From: Desulfatiglandales bacterium
GTDB lineage: Bacteria > Desulfobacterota > DSM-4660 > Desulfatiglandales > Desulfatiglandaceae
Direction: 5' to 3'
Assembly (NCBI GenBank): GCA_963666345.1
Contig: OY762721.1
Coordinates: forward strand, 1,248,001-1,312,000
Length of the DNA stretch: 64,000 nucleotides
This document shows, in pieces, positions 9,539-18,911 of the stretch. How positions within the stretch are numbered: the stretch's first letter is position 1; every line of letters begins with the position of its first letter. Under the pieces are notes generated by a model, which had not been told where the DNA came from, made no database searches, and saw only the letters and a program-made list of their open reading frames with translations. Made by a program: the position numbers and the translations under genes.

Positions 9539-10876
9539 TCAGCAGATCCTGTTACGTCCAGTTCTCTTTGCCCTGTACATTGCCTCATCGGCCTCCTTAA
9601 GCAGCTGATCAACGGTCTTTGAGTGAGGTGGCGCCGCAGAAATTCCGCCACTGATTGTAAAGGGGATCTGCCCCGTCTGCGTAAGGAAAGGGGTATCTTC
9701 TATCCTTTTTCTCAGCCTTTCGGCCATTTTCTCTCCGCCCTTTGAATCTGTATCAGGCAGAAGTATGGCGAATTCCTCGCCACCGATACGGCCGAAAACA
9801 TCCGGGATACGCAGGGTATCCAACCCGATTTCAGCTAGATGTCTAAGCACCTGATCGCCTGTATCATGTCCGTATGTATCGTTTACCGTTTTGAAGTAAT
9901 CGATATCGATCATGAGAAGGCAAAGGGGACGGCCATACCTCTCGGCTCTGTGTATCTCCTTTTCCGCAAGATCCCTGAAATGCCTTCTGTTGAACAGCCC
10001 CGTGAGGGGATCGGTAGTTGCAAGTTTTCTAAGCCTGTCCTCGGTCTCTTTTATGTTCGATACATCCCTGTAAATGATGTAGAAACCGATATGATTCCCC
10101 TCTACGATTACAGGTGAGGATTGCATCGATACCTGGAAAGTGTTTCCGTCTTTTCTCCTTCTCACTGTCTCGAGCCTGATCGTCTCACCGGAGGTGACCC
10201 TCTTTCGTATGGATATTGCCTCTTCCAGACGGTCGCGGGGGGCAACAAGCCTGCTGATATCTTCACCGATTAATTCCTCAAGAGAATAACCGAATAGATT
10301 GGAGAACTCAGGGTTGGCCCCCGTGATCCGGCCTTCGTAATCAAAGACGGCCAAGGCCTCCGGAAGCTGGGTAAAAAGGCTCTCAAAATAGGCTTTCTGA
10401 AAACGCAACTCCTTTTCAAGCCCCTTTTGCTCTGTAATATCGGAAAAAGTTACCACCGCCTTTTTCTGCGGGTCCTCCTGCTCAAAACTCTTTAACTTCA
10501 TATGCCCGAAAAAAACGGTTCCATCTCTTCTTTTGCAGTTGACATCAATCTCCACCGGGGAACCTTTGTCATATGTTTCATAGGCCAGCCTTCCCACCCG
10601 ATGGAATTCTTCTTTTGAAGAATAGAGTATTTCCGATATCCTGCCGACCAGCTCTTCTTCTTTTTCGTAGCCGAACATCTCTACACCCACCCGGTTTGCC
10701 CACCGTATCGTTCTGTTCTCCAGAAGAAAGATACCAAAAAGGGCGGCATCCAGTATCCTGTCAAGGAGTTCCTTCTGCTTGATGAATTCGGCATCCATTT
10801 CCTGTCGTCTGGATGCCTTCTTTTCAAGGATACTTGTGCGCTCTTCCAATTCCCTGCGTGACGATCCTGAATCCAT
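9539..10876 (-). CDS. PAS-PAS-GGDEF diguanylate cyclase
   Basis: Two PAS/PAC repeats, DPLTGLFNRR, DIDYFKTVND, RIPD I-site and GGEEF. Confidence 0.93.
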   Translation of the reverse strand: MDSGSSRRELEERTSILEKKASRRQEMDAEFIKQKELLDRILDAALFGIFLLENRTIRWANRVGVEMFGYEKEEELVGRISEILYSSKEEFHRVGRLAYETYDKGSPVEIDVNCKRRDGTVFFGHMKLKSFEQEDPQKKAVVTFSDITEQKGLEKELRFQKAYFESLFTQLPEALAVFDYEGRITGANPEFSNLFGYSLEELIGEDISRLVAPRDRLEEAISIRKRVTSGETIRLETVRRRKDGNTFQVSMQSSPVIVEGNHIGFYIIYRDVSNIKETEDRLRKLATTDPLTGLFNRRHFRDLAEKEIHRAERYGRPLCLLMIDIDYFKTVNDTYGHDTGDQVLRHLAEIGLDTLRIPDVFGRIGGEEFAILLPDTDSKGGEKMAERLRKRIEDTPFLTQTGQIPFTISGGISAAPPHSKTVDQLLKEADEAMYRAKRTGRNRIC

Positions 10877-11092
10877 TCCAGCCCCTCCTGATCAAGACAG
10901 ACATCTCAGCCCTTTTGGGTGCTCATCCTAATAATGTCTCTTTAGAACTCACTGCGCGATAAATTGGAAAGACAACCAAACGGATAGCTTCTTTAATCAT
11001 ATTTTGACTCAAAGCTCTGATGTTGACAACAAAAAACTCTTCCATTTATCCTGTATTAGGATATACATTTAGAACTTTGAAAGGGGTGAAAA

Positions 11093-11524
11093 ATGGGAAA
11101 AGGCACATTTCGGAAGGTCGGCGAATCGGAAAACAGGATGTTCGGCCCCACCTGTCTTATCATATGCGGATATGACTCTTCAGAGCAGGAAGAGATCCTT
11201 TCCCTCATAAAGGAATGCCTGTCAGAATTACCCGTAATATTTGCGGCAAAAGCCGATAGCGGGACAAAACTGGGTGAGATGGCAGCATCAAAGGCGGGAA
11301 AAGGAAGAGGCATTTCATCTGATCTCAAAAGGGCGATAATAATGTCGGGGCTCACGGAAAAGGAACTGCACCTTCTCCTTAAAAGTTACAGGGACAAGGG
11401 GTTCCCGACACAGCTCTGGGCAACCCTGACACCCGTATCTGAAAAATGGACCCTCGAGCGCCTGCTGCAGGAACTCTCTGCAGAGGCCGAAGCATTCAGG
11501 ATAAGGCAGAAACAGGGACAGTGA
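11093..11524 (+). CDS. DUF3783 domain-containing protein
   Basis: IIMSGLTEKEL..LWATLTPVSEKWTLERLLQELSAE resembles DUF3783; GGGGTG RBS. Confidence 0.75.
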   Translation: MGKGTFRKVGESENRMFGPTCLIICGYDSSEQEEILSLIKECLSELPVIFAAKADSGTKLGEMAASKAGKGRGISSDLKRAIIMSGLTEKELHLLLKSYRDKGFPTQLWATLTPVSEKWTLERLLQELSAEAEAFRIRQKQGQ

Positions 11525-11563
11525 CAAAACAAAGCAGGAAGATACCTTTAAATCCGGCGCAAA

Positions 11564-12202
11564 ATGAAGAAGAAGATGATTATCGCAGCAGGCATAGGCC
11601 TTTTTCTGCTTTTTGCAATCGGTTTCATCTATTGCTGGTTCAATTATCAATTCTGGTCCCACCTGGACACGTCAACCTTTGACAGTCTAACAGAGTATAA
11701 TTCGGAAAGGGTAAAAGCCTACAGGGGAAGACAGATATTAATACACAGGGATTTTCATCCCCTTATGGTCAAAATTACAAGATACGCAGCTCAATGTGAC
11801 CTGACACTTCTTATCACACAAAGCTACCGCATACCAGGTAGGAGGACAAAAAACTGCATAGTGCCTCCCGCTGTAAAATCAAACCATCTTGCAGGCCATG
11901 CCGTTGATTTCAATATAAGGTTCAATGGAAGGCTTTTCGAGTCAAATGACATAAGGAAGGAAACTCTGCGCCTTGCCCCGGCAAATGTAAAGGCCTTCAT
12001 AGGGATGTTGGTATCGGATGATTCTCTTAGGTGGGGAGGTGAATTCAAAGAGGAAGACCCGGTGCATGTCGATGATGGCCTCAACACGGAATACCCGGAA
12101 AAATGGAACGCATGCTACAGAGCTTGTCTTAAGGACCTGTCAGGTGCAAAAAAGAAACATACAGTGTGGATAAAACGTATTATCCCCTTTGCTGCCTTTT
12201 AG
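11564..12202 (+). CDS. M15 family Zn metallopeptidase with N-terminal membrane anchor
   Basis: TQSYR, SNHLAGHAVD (SxHxxGxAxD), LRWGGEF and DPVHVD. Confidence 0.82.
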   Translation: MKKKMIIAAGIGLFLLFAIGFIYCWFNYQFWSHLDTSTFDSLTEYNSERVKAYRGRQILIHRDFHPLMVKITRYAAQCDLTLLITQSYRIPGRRTKNCIVPPAVKSNHLAGHAVDFNIRFNGRLFESNDIRKETLRLAPANVKAFIGMLVSDDSLRWGGEFKEEDPVHVDDGLNTEYPEKWNACYRACLKDLSGAKKKHTVWIKRIIPFAAF

Positions 12203-12402
12203 CCCTGCAAAAACCGCATGAACCTCAAGGCCTTATAAAGAGGCTGCCATTCGACCCTGAAAATAATTTTCGACAGATATGTCGCAGGCATCTTTCGGAA
12301 CGACATTTTTTTCCTTTTGATTGTCCCGGCAGGCAGTTAAAAGAATCGGCATTCATTAGTATTTACAAATTTTACAAACACTTAGAACAACCAATTCTTA
12401 TC

Positions 12403-12417
12403 TGGCACAGACCTTGC
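12403..12417 (+). promoter_or_regulatory. Sigma-54 (-24/-12) promoter
   Basis: TGGCACAGACCTTGC, GG-N10-GC spacing. Confidence 0.75.
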
Positions 12418-12638
12418 TTTTAAATACTACGAGTTGTTACTCCTGAAGCGGTTCTCCTCCTTGCGCTTCAGCAAAAACCCCTTCAACAGGAACCCGGGGA
12501 TGTAAGACGATTAAAATTTGTGCGGATTCCTGTCAAAATAGCAGATCCCCTGCGCCCCATAATGATTTATCAGGGGCGCCGGGGACCGATTAAAGGGCAG
12601 GGAATCGGATCTCATTAATGAAATCAGAGGAGGTTGTC

Positions 12639-13304
12639 ATGATCAAGACACCTAAATTCTTAAATACGGGCGTTTTACTTCTGACTGCGGTCGTAATACT
12701 CGGATTTTCCACCGACAGTCTCGCGAAACCCAGCAAAGACCGCAAGACCAGGGTGGTAATCAAACATCCCAGTCCCAATTACGGGAGAGTCGTTAAAAGA
12801 CTGCCTGCAAGGCACAGAAGAATTTCCGTGGGTAAGTCCGACTACTATTATAACAGCGGCAGGTTTTACAGAAGCCGTTCGAATGGATACGTGATAGTGC
12901 GACCGCCTATAGGGGCTATTGTGGCATCAATTCCCGTAGGAAATATAACCTTTACCATAGGAACCGTCCCATATTACTATTACAGCGGCATACATTACAG
13001 GAGGGTCCCAACAGGTTATCTGGTGGTTGAACCTCCCACCCAGACGGTAATCGTGGAAGAGACACCGAATGATTATTGGGAAGGCTTTTCATCCGGGGAA
13101 CAGGTAAAGGTAACGGCGCATCTTTTAAATGTGCGATCAGGTCCCGGAATGCGCCGTTCTTTGGTAGGCCAGGTACGAAGGGGCACGAGGCTTGTGGTTA
13201 GAGGGCACTCACCCGGCTGGCTTTACGTGAGTCTTCCCGACGGAAGGCATGGATGGGTAATGGCCGATTATATAACCGCTCTGCCTCAGCCCTCAAGCGG
13301 ATAG
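12639..13304 (+). CDS. Secreted DUF6515-like protein with C-terminal bacterial SH3 domain
   Basis: Signal peptide, Tyr-rich YYYNSGRFY/YYYYSGIHY..GYLVVEPP repeats, LNVRSGPG..GWLYV..GWV SH3; AGAGGAGG RBS. Confidence 0.8.
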   Translation: MIKTPKFLNTGVLLLTAVVILGFSTDSLAKPSKDRKTRVVIKHPSPNYGRVVKRLPARHRRISVGKSDYYYNSGRFYRSRSNGYVIVRPPIGAIVASIPVGNITFTIGTVPYYYYSGIHYRRVPTGYLVVEPPTQTVIVEETPNDYWEGFSSGEQVKVTAHLLNVRSGPGMRRSLVGQVRRGTRLVVRGHSPGWLYVSLPDGRHGWVMADYITALPQPSSG

Positions 13305-13499
13305 ATGAAGTAAACCTCCGTGAGGGCCTTTCGGTTCACTTGTCATTTATTGACAACCCCTTCTTTTACAGGACCAAAAGGCCCTCGTCCCTCCTGCATT
13401 TCTGTGCCGATACATTCTCTCCTAAAAAATGCGCTACTCTATTTTAGACCTTATTTTACGGATCGGGAAAGATATTTGAGGATAAAACTTTCAGCCTTC

Positions 13500-15770
13500 T
13501 CATCCCCTTTCCGTATCCAGCAGACCGATACCTTTTTGACTGTCTCCATCCTGGTAAACATGCAGGAAACGGCCACCTGCATCCTCAGGAAAGTGAATTA
13601 CCATAACCACCCCCAGTAAGGAAGAAACCTCCGGGGCAAGGATTTTCATACGATTCGGCATGCCCAGGAGAAGATCCTCCCTGAAAACGGCCTCCTTCAG
13701 GTCGGGATAAATCGCAATCGGCACGATTTTGGCCTCAACAAGGTCGTTAAAGAAATGGGTCCCGAAAGAGGCCTCAGGAGTGCTGCCGTCCTCCTCGAAT
13801 GAGACCTCCCCCAGGAACAGGGTACGGTTGATATCTTCATACCCCACGCGAACACCTAAATTTATATCGTTGCTGCCCCATCTGCCGGGGCCGAAAAGGC
13901 CGTATCGCTTGTCTTCAAGCACACGGTTGAGCCGGCTCACGGCCCGGCCGACACTCAGCTTTTCCTCAAAGGTAGACAAACGGCTGTATGCCCTGGGGTC
14001 CACGTATACCAGGTATTCCACATTATGGATGGCGCTGTTTGAAACGACCCGTGTATTGGTAAAAACAACGTCCTCCGGGTCAATGTTTTCAGGGATCGTC
14101 ACGCGCCTGACATCTTCGGACATAGCAAGCGAGCGACACTGGAGCAGATAGAGTTTGTCCCGTTCCCATGCGAACTCCACATCAACAGGGTGCCCGCAGG
14201 CATGCTCCAGTTTCCGGAGGATATTTCTCATCAAAGAGACAAAGGGTGAATTTTTCAGGAAATTATCAAAGGTCACGCAGCCCCTTTCAACATCCACCTC
14301 CTGCCCCTTGAACATGGGCGGAGTGAGATATCCGTCTTTATTGACCGAGAGGGCATCAAATCGGTCTTCATCGTTCATCTCCTTCATTATCTGATGGAAT
14401 GGAACAGCCTCCACGGCCCCTGATTCAAGATTAAGCGCGTCCACAAGCTTCTGGGAATATTTAATGATCTGACGGGCTTCTATTTCAGGCCGAAGACCGG
14501 GATGACTGAGGGGTATCATACGGGGGTAATCAGAGCCGACCCGGTCCACCGCCCTGGTCCCCAGGCCGTAGACAAGACGCACAAGGCCATCTTCCATCCG
14601 TATTTTGGGAGTCCATCGGTAGGGATTCCTTGAATAGGCCACGCCTCCTGCAAAGGGAAGGAAATATTTGCCGAAGCACCGTCCAACCACCTTCTGAACC
14701 AGCACGCTCATCTTTTCGTCAAAATCCAGGAGGTTATGGTCCCTGCGATAGAGTATGGGCGCAGGTCCGTAGGTGCTCATATGGACCTGTTTGAGACCCC
14801 ATATGAACTCTTTAAGCCGGGTTTCCAGGTCACCCTGATTTCTTAAAAAGACCGAATCATATTTTCCGGAAAAGGCGGAACCGAATGTGTCCTCAAGCAG
14901 GCTGGAGGATCTTAAAATCAAAGGCTCCTGCCCCAGGCCGTCTAGAAAACCCCTGAAGGTGTCTACCATGTCGGGGGGGAAAGAGGCCTCCTTGAACAGC
15001 TCCGAGATATTTCTGTATTCCTCTTCAACGGCCTCCCTGTTCTTGTATTTCTGGCTGTGAAAATGGTACAGGCCGTTGTAGTCGATGAAATCGGAAAAAA
15101 TCCCTGAATTAAAATAGTAGGACTCGGGCATGACCACATATTTTTTGAGAAGGGGGTCCTGTGACTTGAGCCTCGGCAGGATGATCTTGTAGGCGAGCAG
15201 CATGCCGGCCGCCTTGCCGCCGATCTTTCCCGGCCTGCGCCTGTTCCAGAAGCTGTGATCGAGCATCTCGTCCACGTCACGCATGGTAATGTGGTGTTTG
15301 CCTGTCCCGATAAAGGAAAGATGACTCGATATAAAATGGCTGATCAGGGCCACACGGACCCCCTCCGCCTCTATCGGATCGATGAACAGATCCCCCTCCG
15401 GAACGACGCAAAGGGCCTTCAGGGCCTGCTGGATCTTCCTGCCTGTAACGCCTTCGGTATTAACGACCCTGTTGAGTTCTTGAAACAGCGCCTCTTTCCG
15501 TGCAAGATTTATGTGATTTTCGATCTCCTGATCGGAGAAATGTCCCGCGAAATAGAGATCGATGAGCGCCCCCCGGTATTCGTTCAGCCCCTCTTCGCTC
15601 ACCTTCACTCCCGCCTTCTCCATCAGCTCTCGTGCCTCATTTGAAACCGCCTCCTGCTCAACAATGCCCCGTTTGCTTAAAGCGGAAAGGAAGATGTCAC
15701 GCATCTTATCCACAAGTTGCGGATACTTCATCATTTTTTGATACATCCTATAGGCTGGAACAAGATCCAT
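13500..15770 (-). CDS. PEP/pyruvate-binding (PPDK_N, ATP-grasp) domain protein
   Basis: IGGKAAG, LRSSSLLED..FSGKYDS, GLGTRAVDR, VDVEFA..LLQCRSL, GPGRWGS and FGTHFF. Confidence 0.85.
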   Translation of the reverse strand: MDLVPAYRMYQKMMKYPQLVDKMRDIFLSALSKRGIVEQEAVSNEARELMEKAGVKVSEEGLNEYRGALIDLYFAGHFSDQEIENHINLARKEALFQELNRVVNTEGVTGRKIQQALKALCVVPEGDLFIDPIEAEGVRVALISHFISSHLSFIGTGKHHITMRDVDEMLDHSFWNRRRPGKIGGKAAGMLLAYKIILPRLKSQDPLLKKYVVMPESYYFNSGIFSDFIDYNGLYHFHSQKYKNREAVEEEYRNISELFKEASFPPDMVDTFRGFLDGLGQEPLILRSSSLLEDTFGSAFSGKYDSVFLRNQGDLETRLKEFIWGLKQVHMSTYGPAPILYRRDHNLLDFDEKMSVLVQKVVGRCFGKYFLPFAGGVAYSRNPYRWTPKIRMEDGLVRLVYGLGTRAVDRVGSDYPRMIPLSHPGLRPEIEARQIIKYSQKLVDALNLESGAVEAVPFHQIMKEMNDEDRFDALSVNKDGYLTPPMFKGQEVDVERGCVTFDNFLKNSPFVSLMRNILRKLEHACGHPVDVEFAWERDKLYLLQCRSLAMSEDVRRVTIPENIDPEDVVFTNTRVVSNSAIHNVEYLVYVDPRAYSRLSTFEEKLSVGRAVSRLNRVLEDKRYGLFGPGRWGSNDINLGVRVGYEDINRTLFLGEVSFEEDGSTPEASFGTHFFNDLVEAKIVPIAIYPDLKEAVFREDLLLGMPNRMKILAPEVSSLLGVVMVIHFPEDAGGRFLHVYQDGDSQKGIGLLDTERG

Positions 15771-16031
15771 ATCTACCTTCCTTTTCTTTCAGTCGCGATT
15801 TTGGCGCCGGGCCGTGGCATGACCTGGCCCTCCTGTATTGACTCTATGATCCGTGAGCAAAGCGGACAGGCTTTTTTCCCACCGGTTTCGGTCAAAAGCA
15901 TCAGATTGGATTGCAGGCTCCGTAAGAGTATTAAAGAAAGGATTGCTCGGATGGATCGGTCTTTTTCATGGAAACCAGGTAGCGCGGCGCCTCGCCGCGA
16001 CAGAAATAATAAGGAGACCGGGGTCTTCCGC

Positions 16032-16271
16032 ATAAAACATTCTAGCCGCAAAAAGCGGCTAAGGCAATCCCCAAAACCTTTTGATAAACAAGGAATTAGA
16101 GGATGCCGGCCGATTCAAAGTCTCGACTTGATTATGACCATCCTCTTTGGTGGGATAAAGATCTCCGGCCCGAATGTTTTATAAAAATGAACTCTCTGAA
16201 GTAAACTATACGGTATCAAGTCGGAATTCCATTGAAAGCCCTGAAACAGGGATTTCAATGGAATTTTTTTT
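16032..16271 (+). ncRNA. Candidate structured non-coding RNA or leader ending in an intrinsic terminator
   Basis: Nested stems of 11, 7 and 8 bp, a 9-bp crossing pairing, and a long hairpin with T-tract; see findings. Confidence 0.45.
16225..16271 (+). terminator. Intrinsic terminator-like hairpin with no upstream + strand gene
   Basis: AATTCCATTGAAA-G-CCCTG-AAA-CAGGG-A-TTTCAATGGAATT followed by TTTTTT. Confidence 0.7.
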
Positions 16272-16463
16272 GCCATCCCTGCTGTCGGCAGCAAAAATTT
16301 TAAGGATACGCCGGTACGGAATCTAATTGAAGAAATGGACCTGATCGCTGTTTTTCTATATAATTTTGTTTTAGTCATGAATATACTTTACCGTTAAAAG
16401 AGCTGAAGACATTTGCAGAGTCCTGCTTAGTGAAACATCAAGCCGATTTAAGGGGCCGTAATT

Positions 16464-18545
16464 ATGGGCAAAATCATAAAATGGGCAATCATCGCCTTTT
16501 CCGTAGTCTTAGTGGTGGCGTTAATCGCCGGTTATATAATATTGGCAGGTTACGATTTCAATTCACTCAAGCCCCGGATAAGCAAGGCAGTCAAAGACTC
16601 CACCGGCCGTAAGCTCGTAATAGGAGGCGACATCGACCTGGCAATCGGCATAAGCCCTTCACTGGTTATTGAAGACATACGGTTTCAAAATGCCGCCTGG
16701 GGCTCCAGACCCGAAATGGTGACAGTGAAGCGACTGGAAGTAAAAGTGAGTCTTATTCCCTTGCTCGGTGGTAACATCGCAATCGAACGTTTAATCCTTC
16801 TTGAACCTGACATGTTGATTGAAACCGATAAATCGGATGTCACCAACCTGAGCTTTGAAACCGGAAAACCGGATAAAAAAAAGGCACGGGAAAAATTAAC
16901 GGCGGCAGAGGACGGAATGACGATTCCCGCCCTGGGTTTCAAGGAACTTCTCATCCAAAACGGCATTCTCACACATTTTGATTTCCGTACCGGTGACTCC
17001 CATCAGGTTGTCCTCAGACGGCTGAGCCTGGATAAAGTAGGCTCGGACTCACTCCTTGCTCTTGATATGATTGGAACTTTTAACGGCAGGGACTTCACGG
17101 CAAGCGGTGATCTCGGACCCCTGAAGGCTCTCGCAGACGAGAAAAGACCCTGGTCCGTGGATCTCAAAGCTGAAGCCCTGGGTATCGATTTGGGTCTTAA
17201 AGGAACGATTAAGGACGTATTGTCCCAAAAGGGACTTGATATCGCCTTTTCAATCCAGGCGAACGATTTTGCCGAGCTGAACCGGGTTACAGGCCTGGAT
17301 ATACAACTTATTCCGCCATTTAAGGTCTCGGGCCGGGTATCCGACCCAGGACCCGAAGCGTACCATATCTCTGAGTTCAAGACTCTTCTGGGCGCCACGG
17401 GCTTGGCCGGGGATTTAAAGATCGACCTTTCCAAAAAACGCGCCAAGGTCAAAGGCTCCCTTTTTTCAGAAAAAATGGATCTGCGTCCGCTCATGGCCCG
17501 AATGAAGGACGCGCCGCTCCAGTCCAAAGAGGCAGTGAAACCTTCGGAAAAGGTGTTCTCCGCCACACCTCTGCCTTTGGAAGGATTATCCGCGCTAGAT
17601 GCGGAACTTTTGTTTAAGGCAGGTCGAATTCTGACACCGCAGTTGGCGGTAAGGGACCTGAACCTCAAAATGATCCTCAAAAATGGGAAATTGGCCATTA
17701 AACCGCTTACAGCCTTGATGGGCGGGGGCAATCTTGAAGCAATGGTCGATCTGGTGCCTGATGGCAAGGCAGCGACGATACACGCTACTTTGAAGATAAC
17801 CTCTCTTGACATAGAAAAGATGTTAGAAGAACTAAAGGCAGGCGACATGGCATCGGGCAAACTGGATATGGATGTGGATCTAAAAGGCAAAGGTGATTCC
17901 CTAGCCCGGCTCATGGGTTCACTCAACGGGAAATCAATACTTATGATGCATGAGGGCCTTATCCGCAACAGTTATCTCGACCTGCTGGGCGGGGACCTGA
18001 CGGGCAGGCTGATTCAGTTGCTCAACCCGGCGGCCAAGAATAAGGATTATACGGTGGTAAACTGTCTGGTAAACCGATTCGATATCCGCAACGGAGTGGC
18101 GGACGCGACGGTCCTTGTCTTTGATACCGAGCAGATGAGTGTGGTGGGTGAGGGAAAAATAGATTTGGGCAGGGAAACCATCGATCTCGGCATAAAGCCT
18201 CAACCCAAAAAGGGGCTGGGGAAATTCGGTTTCAGCCTGGGCGAACTGGCAAAACCTTTAAGGTTGGGTGGAACACTTGCAAAACCCTCTCTGAAACTGG
18301 ATACTGCTCAGGCCTTAACTGCCATAGGTAAGGCGGTAGGCGGAATCGCACTTTTCGGCGGTGTCGGTATCGCCGCAAGCCTTGTGGGAAAAAAGGGAGA
18401 AAAAAATCTTTGCGAAATCGCCATGGAGGCGGCCAGAACCGGAATAAAACCGGGGGCGGCCGTCGAAAAGAATCAACCCGGGCAGGTGGTTGAAGAAACC
18501 TTAAAGGGTATAGGCGGCACCTTGAAAGGGCTTTTTGAAAAATAG
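16464..18545 (+). CDS. AsmA family protein
   Basis: N-terminal TM, DFNSLKPRISKAVKDSTGRKLVIGGDI and C-terminal GEGKIDLGRETIDL..LGGTLAKP. Confidence 0.88.
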   Translation: MGKIIKWAIIAFSVVLVVALIAGYIILAGYDFNSLKPRISKAVKDSTGRKLVIGGDIDLAIGISPSLVIEDIRFQNAAWGSRPEMVTVKRLEVKVSLIPLLGGNIAIERLILLEPDMLIETDKSDVTNLSFETGKPDKKKAREKLTAAEDGMTIPALGFKELLIQNGILTHFDFRTGDSHQVVLRRLSLDKVGSDSLLALDMIGTFNGRDFTASGDLGPLKALADEKRPWSVDLKAEALGIDLGLKGTIKDVLSQKGLDIAFSIQANDFAELNRVTGLDIQLIPPFKVSGRVSDPGPEAYHISEFKTLLGATGLAGDLKIDLSKKRAKVKGSLFSEKMDLRPLMARMKDAPLQSKEAVKPSEKVFSATPLPLEGLSALDAELLFKAGRILTPQLAVRDLNLKMILKNGKLAIKPLTALMGGGNLEAMVDLVPDGKAATIHATLKITSLDIEKMLEELKAGDMASGKLDMDVDLKGKGDSLARLMGSLNGKSILMMHEGLIRNSYLDLLGGDLTGRLIQLLNPAAKNKDYTVVNCLVNRFDIRNGVADATVLVFDTEQMSVVGEGKIDLGRETIDLGIKPQPKKGLGKFGFSLGELAKPLRLGGTLAKPSLKLDTAQALTAIGKAVGGIALFGGVGIAASLVGKKGEKNLCEIAMEAARTGIKPGAAVEKNQPGQVVEETLKGIGGTLKGLFEK

Positions 18546-18612
18546 CAGGCATGGAGTCACTGCTTCAGCCGCTTCAGCCGGTTTTTTTACGCGCTATCAT
18601 CAATGAAAGAGG

Positions 18613-18807
18613 TCATCCGCATATCTCTTTGACCCGCCCCACATCCCCGCTTGTCAGTCTCACCTTTATGCCGTGAGGATGTGAAGGAGAATTTGTCAGG
18701 ATATCCCTGACAAACCCTTCGGTCAATTTACCGCTTTTCTGGTCTTTTTTCAGTACTATCCTGACTTTAAGGCCCTGCTTTATATTCAACCTTTTCTTTC
18801 CATCCAT
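18613..18807 (-). CDS. YwbE family protein (DUF2196)
   Basis: VLKKDQKSGKLTEGFVRDILTNSPSHPHGIKVRLTSGDVGRV. Confidence 0.9.
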   Translation of the reverse strand: MDGKKRLNIKQGLKVRIVLKKDQKSGKLTEGFVRDILTNSPSHPHGIKVRLTSGDVGRVKEICG

Positions 18808-18911
18808 ATTATACTCCGGACTGCTATCAAATAAGACGACGGGATCAGTTTTTATCCCCTGTTTTTACCTTACCGCCTCAGCTTATTCAATATCATTATA
18901 TTTAATAGCAT

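Noticed and set aside
16061..16172. Resemblance to a c-di-GMP-I (GEMM) riboswitch (GGCAAT.., GGGATAAAG..CTCCGGCC)
   Set aside because: Lacks the GAAA tetraloop/receptor and the closing 3' segment; similarity is only fragmentary
15717..16378. ORFs 15717-16184 (+), 15773-16051 (-) and 16115-16378 (-)
   Set aside because: No motifs or convincing RBS; the region is better explained by RNA structure and promoters
17003..17968. 321-aa antisense ORF inside asmA
   Set aside because: Ser/Arg/Pro-rich shadow of the coding strand
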